A stretch of 64,000 nt of DNA, from positions 62,001-126,000 of the forward strand of contig OX337235.1 in assembly GCA_946965045.2 (NCBI GenBank), read 5' to 3'. This document shows positions 23,031 to 33,487 of this stretch, in pieces. A program made the position numbers and the translations under genes. Within the stretch, counting starts at the first letter, position 1. Every line of letters starts with the position of its first letter. The notes below the pieces were generated by a model. It saw only the letters and a list, made by a program, of their open reading frames with translations. It ran no database searches and was not told the origin of the DNA. Origin of the DNA: Epithemia pelagica (taxonomy: Eukaryota > Protista > Bacillariophyta).

Positions 23031-26000
23031 CTATTCGTCACTAGATTTCTGGCCCGACGCCAAGCCTCCAATTTCATGAGAATTGTCATCATCGTTTTGT
23101 GTTACGGTAGCACTCAAAGATCTTGCATTTGTGCTAAAAAACCAACCAATCGTATGATTTCCCACATTCTTGTCTTTCGGTGGTATGGAGTGTGTATGGA
23201 CAGATGTTCCATGTCTGATGATTCTCCCGTCCCATGCGATCGCAATGCCATGGAATAACCGGATACAAAGCCCATGATAAGTCTTGTCCTTATGCTTTAT
23301 AAGGACATTGGGAAGGACGAAATACCAATTGTTGGTGCTGCCCGGGTTGGTTTCTGTCCAGATTGTAAAGGACACTGATGCATCATGAATATCATAGTGG
23401 CTTGCATTCATCAAATCGCAACTCAAAATGATGGATGATGACACACCCCTTTCGTTTCCTCCCAATTCGTTTGGGACATCCAAACCGAAGTTTGTTTCCA
23501 GGTGTCTGAAAGCCGATAACACACCAGGGAATTTCCTCTCACAGAATCGCCGAACACCTCCACAGATTTTTGGCAATATATTCATCATGTTTGGAGATAT
23601 TTTGAAAAGTTTGTCAGAAAAGAATGTACTTCTGCCACCCGTTTTTGTGCACACACCAACAGATGTCATGGTCCCCATATCACCATGGTTACACCTTGCA
23701 TTGGCTGATCTCTCTAGTGTACCGCTCTGCGCGAAGTGACATGACCTCTTGTGTAACAATGAAAGTAGGTTTTTGTCATTTTGCTGAAGTGTTGTCACTT
23801 TGACATGGCTGATGGTTTCGTTTTTACCCGCGTACCCACGTGTCCGAACAATGAATGTTGTATCTTCTCCGGTATCCCTTACATCAAACAGGAGCGGACG
23901 GACCGAAGTATCAGGCGGAGGGGACAGGTTTCTATACAATGCTCCATGGACGTACTTTCGGCATCCAGTCTTGTTAGCACTGGCTTTATTCAGCAGTGTT
24001 TCACGATACCACACTCTAAGAGAATGTTGGTCATTTGGTGTCATTTTTGGTCTGGACTTTTCACTTGTGTAATGATCAGGGGCCCAAAGTGGAGAACCAC
24101 TTTCAACATCAGACGCTTGGTAGCATTCATGGACAACTCTCTTTGCACTTTGTGTCCAATCAATACACCAACACTTGACAACCTTTTTGAGGAATGCCCC
24201 ACCACTTGGTTGGCCGTCGGAATGTCGTAAGCGCAGCCAGGATATAGGTAGTGCTACCAAAGATGAAGTGCATTCCGATGTTGCATACCCAGTATTCATT
24301 ATCATTGCCGAAGTATAAAAAATACCGGCCAAAGGGATGATAACGATCACGTCATGGAAAATATGGTCCATACAATCATCACAGTTTTTCTTGGATGTGC
24401 GACAATGGAAGATTGTATCGTCAAACGCAGACCACACGGTTTTGGGGTATTTCCGATGTCCCTTATGTCGTTGACAGCGATTCAGTACACATTCTACCAA
24501 GAAGGCACATGGAGACCGGGTTGTTAAGAACTTCGGGTCACATTCTGTCACATGAAGCTTGTTGTCTTCGAAACAACAATGGCTTGCTGGATCTTCCGTC
24601 ACCTCACCAACCATGTCTTTCATTTGTTCGTATATGTTAGGTAATTTTCCCATGATTGTCTGGAGGTCTGTTGGTGTGATGTCGTAGTCTTTCAGAACCT
24701 TTGTATAGCAGATGCCGAACATTCTCCGATCATCATTGCTACTGAGACAGAGTGATAGTAAGTCGCGTAGTCTTTTTGCTACCTTGTCCATGTCAGGAAT
24801 TCCAAAAAAACACATTTCTGTATGATCGGATTCATTTGGTTTGGAGAATTTTGTCGTCAAATGGCTAGGTTTCTCAGCCTGTCGTCTCTTATACTTCTTC
24901 ATCGTTTCATGTGTTAGTGTCAACTTCGATAGGCCCTCTTGTCGTCGTTGCTTGTTCGTGGGTAGTCCCCTGGATGAACCAATGGTCTTACATTCTTTCC
25001 TTTTCCTTTCCGGTGAAGTATTCTGTTCGTCAGTATCGTCATGATTACCGTGTATTGGAGACTTGTGAATCTCCTTCGTACCTCGTTCGTCTTGTATGCG
25101 CTGATCCGTTTGTGTTGTCGTGTTGATGCTACTTCCCTTGTTATGGTCGTTTTTTGTCATTTGGTCATCGTTGTTCTTGTTGCTACCTTTTTGTTTGTCT
25201 GTACTATCCTTTCCTTCTTTGGTTTGTGTCGCATCATCTTGGTTGACACTGTCATTGTGACAGCTAGACGGATTATCACTGTCAGGTGTGTTGTTGGCAT
25301 TCTTAGACCCGTTCTCTCCAGAATTTCCGTGTTGTTCGTAAGCAACAATCTCTTGCTTGCCACATTCCTTGCCCTTTTGTTTGTCTGTAGAACCGTTGCC
25401 ATCTCTGCTTTGTATCTCTTCTCCTTGTCCACATTCATCTTGGTGACTGGAGGTTGCTTTCTGACCGCTCTGTCTGTTCCGATCATCCCTCTCCTGATTG
25501 TCCTTGGAATTCCAACCAAGTTTGGATAGGCCATCCTGCCCTCCACGACTCGCTGTAGTGTGATGAATGTCCTTTTCTCTCTCTCTACGAGGTGATTGAT
25601 TTAGTTGACTATTACCTCTATCAGTTGAGGGACGGTTAGGCTCTCTCTGACGGGTACGCCTAGAATGATCGTTGTGTCCAGGATGACTGTCTCTAAGTGA
25701 CAAATGGTGCCTGGAATGTTCGTTGTATCCAGGGAATCTCTCCCAATCCATCGGATCCATCGGATGTCGATTAGACCATTGATTGTGGCTATCTCTATAT
25801 ACCGAATGGTGCCTTGTATGTTCTCTCGAATGTTCGTTGTATCCAGAGAATCTCCTCCAATCCATCGAATGTCGATTAGACAATTGATTTTGATTATCAT
25901 GTCTTCTTTTTCTATCCCAGTAAGTGTTTTCCATGATTTGATCTCTTCTCCCTCTAGACTCGTCTTGGTGGTTATCATGGTATCCATGTTGGTCTTGTCG

Positions 26001-28309
26001 TTCAATGACTCCTCTTCTAGTTTGTTGGTTATCTTGATCGAAATGTGAATGACGAGACCCATGATAATCCGATGTATTAGATCCTCTCGATCCTGGATGA
26101 TCATCATTGAATCGATTCTGTCCATGCTTACAATACACTGGCCTGTCATGTTCAGGTAGCGAACCCCACTCATTTGTTCTGGGGCTTCGAGTTGTCGACA
26201 GGACGTTGTTCTGATTCCGTCCTCCCCACAGCCCATGTGGATTCTCTCTCTTGTCCTTGGTTCTTTCGTTATCATGTTGGGTTTGCTCTGTTCTATGTCT
26301 TTCTTCAGGCAGCTCACTCCGGTTACCCCAATTCGCAGGCATTGCAACGGAACGTGATGAGTTATTTCCTCCCCATTGCTGGTATTTAGGCTTCTCACCC
26401 TCTGGTGACTGATAGATTGCTTTGTGTTCAGAAGGATGAGTATATGTTCTTTGAACAGAACGTGTCATAGGACAGAAGTACAATAGACTTTGAATATCCT
26501 GGCTGCACACCATACATGTGTTGTGGCCCCGCTGCATCCAATCTCCAACACATTCCCGACAAAATGTATGTCTACAAAGAAACAGTTCGCAATCCACTTT
26601 TCTGGTCATACAAATCGAACAAACCTCGGGCTTGTATTTTGTCTCAACTCCTCTTTGTTCTAGTGTTGATGGCTTGTTACTCACGGGTGATTTTTTTGAT
26701 GATTCTTCAGGGTGTCCCTCAATCGTAGTTGTAGTGTCTTTGATTGTTTTCCTATGTCCCTCTTCAGGGAATCCCTCGCTCATAGTTGTAGTGTCTTCCG
26801 CTGTTTTCTTGTGTCCCTCTATCTTCTCCGCACCAAACATGTGGATGTTACTCTTGATCTTTTGTCCACACTGGGGACACCATACATTATGATACTTGAA
26901 CCGTATTCGTAAGCAATTTCCGTGAACCAGATGTCCACATGGGATGAGGGTACAGACTTCGCTGTCTGTATCTGTTTTCAATGCCCTGTTACAGCATACA
27001 CAAGAATCTGGACAATATACAACGGTCGGTAGCAATCGATTTATATCTCTCTTGGAAAGTTTGGAGTCAAGTAACACCTCCTTGGGTTCTAATCCCACCC
27101 TCGGGCACGGTATGAACAATATGTCACCATCCGTAGTCCACGTCTCTGAACACCCACCATCAGATAGATCGACGTTCTCCTGGTATTCGTATTTATCGGT
27201 ACCACGTGAAAACCCCACTTCAACAGGATCGTCGTCGCTGTTGCCATTGAAATTGTCAGGTCCCAACACCAAAGGAGAAATCGAATTGCCTTCAACAGCA
27301 TGCTCTAGTCCTCTCGAAAATTCATTATTGTACCGTATTTGATTACTCGAAAAACAATTGGATATCGTCATACTCTTGTCTATCTGACCTTCTTTCCGAC
27401 CCGGGTTTGGTCGACTACTCATTATGTTTCCAAGCATTCTGATCACAATAGCTTGTGGCATTGGCTTTGGAGTATCCTTCTTAGGTTCTGGCATTTTCAC
27501 AATGCGATATCGCCACTTGTTACATTCCTTGTTTGTATCATCTTCTTCCACTAATGATGGGTCATAACATAGACTGACAGGCAGGGCACCTTTTGACGTA
27601 TTGACCAGGTCCCATTTCCGTAGTACATGACGCGTCGTTCCTTCCCAGTATTGGTCTGATCGATTATGTATTGGTTCGTAGATATGAAGTATCTTTTTGT
27701 CGATTTCGAAAGCCAATAAAGCTGGGTCGCTGACATCAGTTGCTGTTGTCAAGGCAATGATCGCCAATATCAGTGTGTTCGGATCCTGTTGTCTCCATGA
27801 TGACATAGGAATTTTCTTAGGAAATGGGTTCCTGTTTGCTTCATCAAATGTTACTTTGTCAACATATACTAGGTTCTGATGGTTGTGATGGACCATCAAT
27901 TTCAAACAAGTATAGAAAGACTCAATCGGCATGCCCGTCCTTGAAGTGTTGTAGCAAAGATCTCTCCGACGATGTCTATGTGGGATATGCAAAACACGCG
28001 TTGTAGGGTCCTGGTCATTCATCAACCCACTGTAAGACATGCATAGTGTGCACCTAAATAATGTCTTGATTTCGACATGCGTGTTGTCCTTCCCCATACT
28101 CTTAGCATACTGGGTTGCTAGCTTCATGGCCGACTTGATGTTCTCGTTGTTTCTGTTAGTTTGTTTTTCCGCGAACTTGTCCAAGTAACCGTCACCAATG
28201 TTGTCGATTGATTCATTCGAGTCCCATGAGTCTTTTCTTCTCTTCTGGTTTACTATAGGATCAAGAACGTGTGGAATTTCAATGAAAGGCTGTGGTACCA
28301 CACCATCAC
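23031..28309 (-). CDS. Large cargo protein: RING-H2 + RING-HC + low-complexity linker + C-terminal TET/JBP-like 2OG-Fe(II) dioxygenase domain
   Basis: Uninterrupted 1756-codon ORF. RING motifs CVCC...CGHLVHGNC...CPQC and CSIC...CRHTFCREC...CMVC. C-terminus GDMGTMTSVG, NASHYDIHD (HxD; His codon 23397-23399), YFVLPN, AWDGRIIRHGTS (distal His 23211-23213). Confidence 0.8.
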
Positions 28310-28330
28310 CTGTCTCCTCAATTCCCTTGT

Positions 28331-29548
28331 TTATGGAAGCACAACGTCTCTAAGACAAAGAGACCAATCATTTTTGAGATTGTCTAATCCTTCTCGATTC
28401 TTGGCAAGTCGCTCGAACATCTTACCTCGTTGTCTGCGGTTTTTATTGTCGTCGCTTATAATCTTCCTGACCTCTTCCACACGGTCTGATTTGAGGGCAA
28501 CTTGGTTCGACGTTGTAATGGAAGTTGGTAGTACTTGATCCTTTTTCTCGTCAGTAGGATCATTACCAGCGACGACCTTCTGTCTCTTTTTTGCCGGCGA
28601 GTCTATACTCCGACGTTGCACGGCAATTTCTTTCGATTTCCTGGCAGACAGTACCTCTTGTTTTTCTATATAATGCAGTAGATCGTAGAACATACCGCCA
28701 TCGTCTCCGTTTCTTCCATATTGTACCAAAGAATCTCTTTCTTCAAGGTACATCTTGAACCATGTGTCAGGCATCGTATACAACAGTGCTTTCTCCATTT
28801 GGATATTGGAAATCACGTCCATGTTCTCGTCCGATGTCGATTCTGAGATGAAACGGTGTATGGCCACCATATGTTCGATAACCCATGCGATTTTACCAAC
28901 AGGTACGAGACGCGGTTTCCTGTAAAGGGAGGAATCATCTAGAAGGTATCGTTTCAATGCTTCTCCAATCCCACCGATCCCCTTGCGTGTCTTCTTAGAG
29001 ACTAAGCCATGAGAGGAAAGAAATCTGATAATGGTTTGTCTCAGATTCTCAGCACCGTCTATCACTGTTGTCCCAAATGCCTGATTCCAAATATTGGAAA
29101 CAGGACTGTAGAGAGTCTTTTTGAACAACAGTCGAGCAACCATTGGAGTCAACTTGTCATCATCATCCATCTCGTTCTTAATTCTTGTGAAACAGAAAAC
29201 GGAGTGACAGATGATATCTTGGAATGCAGGCGAATAACAGATTGGTAGGAATATCTTCACATAATGGCCGTCATGTGGTACCTCCACTGTTGTCCATTTT
29301 CCTGATTTGTCTTGGAAAACACTTTCATACCAATTGAGGACACTTTCGTATGTAATGGGCATAATACCGGTGTAGTGAGATTCCTCGCTTGTGTGTGTTC
29401 GAAGTGTATGATTGGTACCAGAAACAGTCATAGTCGACACGTCCTTTCTTTTGTTTCGCACTTCATCATTCATTGAAGAAGGGTCACCAGGATTCTTGGC
29501 GGTCGGTGGTTTTTTGTAGCGAGGGCCCTTGATGCGGTTGCCCGCCAT
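28331..29548 (-). CDS. 405-aa cargo ORF, possibly exon 1 of the RING-TET gene
   Basis: Co-oriented and about 30 bp upstream of an ORF whose track start is GTG, not ATG. A donor G|GTAAGA at 28425 and acceptor AG at 28310-28311 would join in frame (2133 aa), but that acceptor is purine-rich and weak. Confidence 0.6.
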   Translation of the reverse strand: MAGNRIKGPRYKKPPTAKNPGDPSSMNDEVRNKRKDVSTMTVSGTNHTLRTHTSEESHYTGIMPITYESVLNWYESVFQDKSGKWTTVEVPHDGHYVKIFLPICYSPAFQDIICHSVFCFTRIKNEMDDDDKLTPMVARLLFKKTLYSPVSNIWNQAFGTTVIDGAENLRQTIIRFLSSHGLVSKKTRKGIGGIGEALKRYLLDDSSLYRKPRLVPVGKIAWVIEHMVAIHRFISESTSDENMDVISNIQMEKALLYTMPDTWFKMYLEERDSLVQYGRNGDDGGMFYDLLHYIEKQEVLSARKSKEIAVQRRSIDSPAKKRQKVVAGNDPTDEKKDQVLPTSITTSNQVALKSDRVEEVRKIISDDNKNRRQRGKMFERLAKNREGLDNLKNDWSLCLRDVVLP

Positions 29549-29569
29549 TTTGTACTTGTCGCGATGCGC

Positions 29570-30905
29570 TTTTTGTGTAGCGTCTTTGTTTCAACAACAA
29601 CAACAACAAGGGTAGTCGAGGAAGCGCTTTAATTGTAGCGTCTTTGAGACAACCTTGTGTACTTGTCTAAACAGTAAAAAGTGTGCGCTGAATTGTGTAG
29701 CGTCTTTGGTTTGGTCCTGAACTCTGGTGGTAACAAAACAACAACCAAATCGAAGGAATACACTACGACGCGCTTTATGTGTAGCGTCTTGTTCGTTGTG
29801 ATCCAACAATCGGTGCCAGAATTTGCTACTCCAAAACCAGGGGTTGGTTGGTTGTCCAAGCAATCTCGCGACAAGAATAGAACAGAAGCAACTGGCTACC
29901 ACCGTGTCACACTGCTTGCTTTGGGTCTGTTCTATTCAAGTCCGAGTATCACGAGGACAGGAGGGTTCTTGATAAACAATCTAACAGATAGCCCGAAACC
30001 GCTTCAATTGTAATAGCGTGATTGGAGTGAAGGACAGAGCTGGGTGAAACAAGCAACAATCAGACAGATGCCCCAAGCCGCTTTAATTGTAGCGTGGTGA
30101 TTGGAATGGCAGAGCTGCAAGATAGTGCAAGTTTCAAAGATAGGACAAATGTCGACAATATTTCGAATGCTCTGGTGGTCGTTCTTCTTCTTGGGTTCCT
30201 CTTCTTCTTGTTTTCCTGTTGTAGCGGTTTTGGAGTGAAGGTCGTGGTTGAAAGGAAGCAAGCAACAATCAGACAGATGCCCCAAGCCGCTTTAGTTGTA
30301 GCGTGATTGGAATGGCAGAGCTGCAAGATAGTGCAAGTGTCAATGTCTCGAATGCTCTGGCCGTGCTTGAGTTCCTCTTCCTCTTCTTCTGGTGCAGCGG
30401 TTTTGGAGTGAAGTGTTGTAGCGGTTTTGGAGTGAAGGTCGTGGTTGAAAGGAAGCAAGCAACAATCAGACAGATGCCCCAAGCCGCTTTAATTGTAGCG
30501 TGATTGGAATGGCAGAGCTGCAAGATAGTGCAAGTGTCAATGTCTCGAATGCTCTGGCCGTGCTTGAGTTCCTCTTCCTCTTCTTCTGGTGCAGCGGTTT
30601 TGGAGTGAAGGTGGCTGAAGAGGAAGCAAGCAACAAAAAGGTGGCTGAAAAGGAACCAAGCAACAATCAGACAGATGCCCCAAGCCGCTTTAATTGTAGC
30701 GTGATTGGAATGGCAGAGCTGTTAGGTTGATGAAAGAAGTTGGATAGGTGAAAGGATTGAAAAGGGAATCTCGGCAGAGAGAAAGCAAGCAACAAAAAGG
30801 TGGCTGAAAAGGAACCAAGAAACAATCAGACAGATGCCCCAAGCCGCTTTAATTGTAGCGTGATTGGAATGGCAGAGCTGTTAGGTTGATGAAAGAAGCT
30901 GGATA
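29570..30905. repeat. Right subterminal repeat arrays: gtagcgtctt x4 (29570-29790) and five copies of a core aatcagacagatgccccaagccgcttta.ttgtagcgtgattggaatggcagagctg with variable linkers (about 30055-30890)
   Basis: Core copies begin near 30058, 30268, 30464, 30665 and 30823; read directly. Confidence 0.9.
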
Positions 30906-31587
30906 GATAATGGGATTGAACAGGGGAATCTCGATAGCGTTGGGTGATCGATTGTTGTTGTTGCTGCTGCTGTTGTTGTTGTTTGTTGTGGTGTGTTGGG
31001 TGGAGGTGGAGGGAGATGAATGAGCATCGATTCTGGTGGTCGTTGATTGTTGAATGACTAGTATGCTAAGTTGTTCGGTTTTGTTCGATGGATCAGAGTG
31101 TCGAGTTGGTAATCCCCGCGGTTTGGGTGATTGGGAAGGAGGATCCATCTGAGACATTCTTTGGGACATCCATGTGCGTCAGTCTTTCTGGCAGCTGCTG
31201 TGTGATGTGGTGGGAGTGGAAATTCGTGATTCAAAGGTGAGGGGACAGACGCTTGCGCATGAGGGTTGCGTCATGCGCGTCTCGGGGGGGTCGAGCGCGC
31301 CAGATAGTTGTAGTGCGCATTATCGGAGTGTGGCGCGCGTTATTCGTGGTTTGATCGCGGGCTTGTGCGCATTAAAATTGTGGCATGCGCGTGATAGTCA
31401 GCTCGATCTCTAGAACTAGCTAGAGAAATGTGCATTGTTAGACCTAGATTTGCAGATTTAGTTGGGAAAGCAGGATTATAGTTAAAAACTGCGCATATAA
31501 AAATAAACTGCGCATAAAAAATTTTAATTTGGCGAATTTTTTCTAGAAATTCGCTTTTGGGGGTGGAAATCAAGCGCCGGGGCCCAT

Positions 31588-31602
31588 TTCCCTCCTTAGA
31601 TG
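31588..31602 (-). repeat. Right terminal inverted repeat (reverse complement CATCTAAGGAGGGAA)
   Basis: ttccctccttagatg read directly. Confidence 0.92.
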
Positions 31603-31644
31603 CACCTCATCGTTGCTGGTGTTGGTGTTGTTCGTGAGCAACAT
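31603..31644 (-). pseudogene. Detached 5' end of beta-propeller gene copy 2 (MLLTNNTNTSNDEV)
   Basis: Matches copy 1 MTMLLTNNNNNSNDEVVHAV; continues in frame at 13159 once the element and one CA are removed. Confidence 0.9.
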
Positions 31645-32076
31645 GGTCGTTCGAGTCGATCACAAAAGATGCGCAATGGTGTCTGTGGACTTGCACAGAT
31701 TATGTGCTCTCCGTTTCTCGACAAAGAAAAAAACTCAATAACCTGCTCCACGTCTGATTCGTCCACTGCCCAATCGTGTACTGTCTGTACCAGATCGCAA
31801 TCCGCAACCTCCGGTTTGCGCGAGTTGCGGGTCGTCGCATGCCTTGACTTGTATAGTAGGAGATTGCAAAGATTTGGTTGCAGTTTGTAGTTCTGCGCAT
31901 CTGGAACACCACCGATATTTGTATCTTAGGAACAAAAATCGTCTGTGGGCTAGGTGCTAGGTGACGAAAGAACTGGTCGCGCGCCAGCAGTCCGTTAGAG
32001 AACATGACCGCGACCTGCAAGACTAAATAGAAATCGCATTTAATACATGACGGCTAAGTAATCAACAAGGACATGT

Positions 32077-32752
32077 GTGAGTCACCGGCTAGGCCCTTAT
32101 TTAACAAATTTGATAAAAGATGTATCCTTTTGTACCAAACGGATACAGGACCAAATCTGGGGTACATTCGGCGAAGGATGAACTATGTACCCTTTTGAAC
32201 AAACTGTACCCCCTTTGTCCCCAGTTGTACCCATGTATCCATTGGATACATTTTATACATATTTTGTATCCGATGGATACAAAAACCACGACGCAGGCTC
32301 GCTCGCTAGATTTTAAAATAGTCCTAGAATATTTACAGTGAGTTTCAGTGATTTTGCCGGCGTGATGAGATGCAACCCAAAATATGAACCTGTCAGTCAT
32401 CCGTTAGGTCCTTATTTCACAAATATGATAAAATACGTATCCTTTTGTACCAAACGGATACAGGGGGTACATTCGGCGAAGGATGAACTATGTACCCTTT
32501 TGAACGAACTGTACCCCCTTTGTCCCCAGTTGTACCCATGTATCCATTGGATACATTTTATACATATTTTGTATCCGATGGATACAAAAACCACGACGCA
32601 GGCTCGCTCGCTAGTTTTTTTCATTCTTAAATAGTCTTGTTGATGTTCGAATACATAGGCTTATTCAAGACTAGAATAACGTACATACAACCGTATCCTA
32701 CAAAATCTACAATAGTGATTTTTAGTGATTATGCCGGCGTGACGAGATGCGT
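32077..32752. repeat. About 310-bp tandem duplication rich in GTATCC/GGATAC/GTACCC motifs
   Basis: gtatccttttgtaccaaacggatacagg...ggatacaaaaaccacgacgcaggctcgctcgctag occurs twice, nearly identical; the tail agtgatt(t/a)tgccggcgtga is also repeated. Confidence 0.85.
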
Positions 32753-33487
32753 TGAAACCATTTTACCCATCGGGATTGGGGCTGACCAGAAAAATGAACC
32801 TTGGTTGCAGATATCGGTGGTGTTCCTGGTTTTGTGTCTCTCAAGAAAGAGGCCCCCGTTACTCCCAAGCAGGGGTGATCCCGAGTAATGCGTGATTGAA
32901 TGCACGCTCTGCATTTGAGTGCTTGGAAGATGCTGACCCAACAGCGAACTTGACTCACCCCCGCTGGGAAGTAGTAAATATGGAGTGTACGATGTGCAAC
33001 ATAGGGCTAATAGCTTCTCTGATAGTATGTATTCGAATCGCGACGCATCACTCCTGATGAAGAAGATTACTATTTGATCGAAGAATATATTATTCGATTG
33101 AAAATAGTTATGCCCAATCAACAACCAAATGGCCATTTATTATTTGTGTTTCTACTTTCTACTGGCGAAACATCCAAGTCTTGACGAAGCAAGGATGTGG
33201 GTCTTGTTGTTCTGTGGTGGTGATGGTTCTTTGCAATGCGTGAGTTGTGGGTTTCATTGGGTGTTGGATAGCTGCTGGCCAAATGTGGAATTACCTAGGT
33301 AGGTAGTTTGCTTGTTCTATTCTGAGCGCTGTGATACTACGGATACTAAAGTTCTATCGTTCCCTCGAACCTGCGAGACGCTCCAACTGTGGACCACTGT
33401 TGATGGCCTTGGTTTGTACTAGAGAGAGAATGGACGATCTTTTGTCGGGGAACTACCTACTACCGTTACAACTTGTTGGTTGCATGC

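Larger units (their letters stand above)
13160..31602. mobile_element. Giant (18,443 bp) cargo-carrying DNA transposon, Plavaka/CACTA (CMC)-like
   Basis: 15-bp TIRs with 1 mismatch. CA is duplicated at 13158-13159 and 31603-31604. The flanks rejoin to catgcac-ca-cctcatc, identical to the uninterrupted paralog at about 9750-9765. Internal DDE transposase and subterminal tandem repeats. Confidence 0.92.

Noticed and set aside
29990-30905. Repeat-spacer appearance suggesting a CRISPR array
   Set aside because: The core is about 60 bp, the linkers are 100-200 bp and built from reused blocks rather than unique spacers, no cas gene is present, and the context is a eukaryotic transposon end.
30004-31169. 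Short ORFs across the right subterminal repeats
   Set aside because: They arise from repeat periodicity in several frames at once; no independent coding evidence.
13160-31602. Alternative identities for the giant element (Polinton/Maverick, Starship, Helitron, endogenous virus)
   Set aside because: No DNA polymerase B, capsid, retroviral-type integrase, tyrosine recombinase or Rep/helicase motifs were seen. The short TIRs, 2-bp TSD and DDE motifs fit a CMC-type element.
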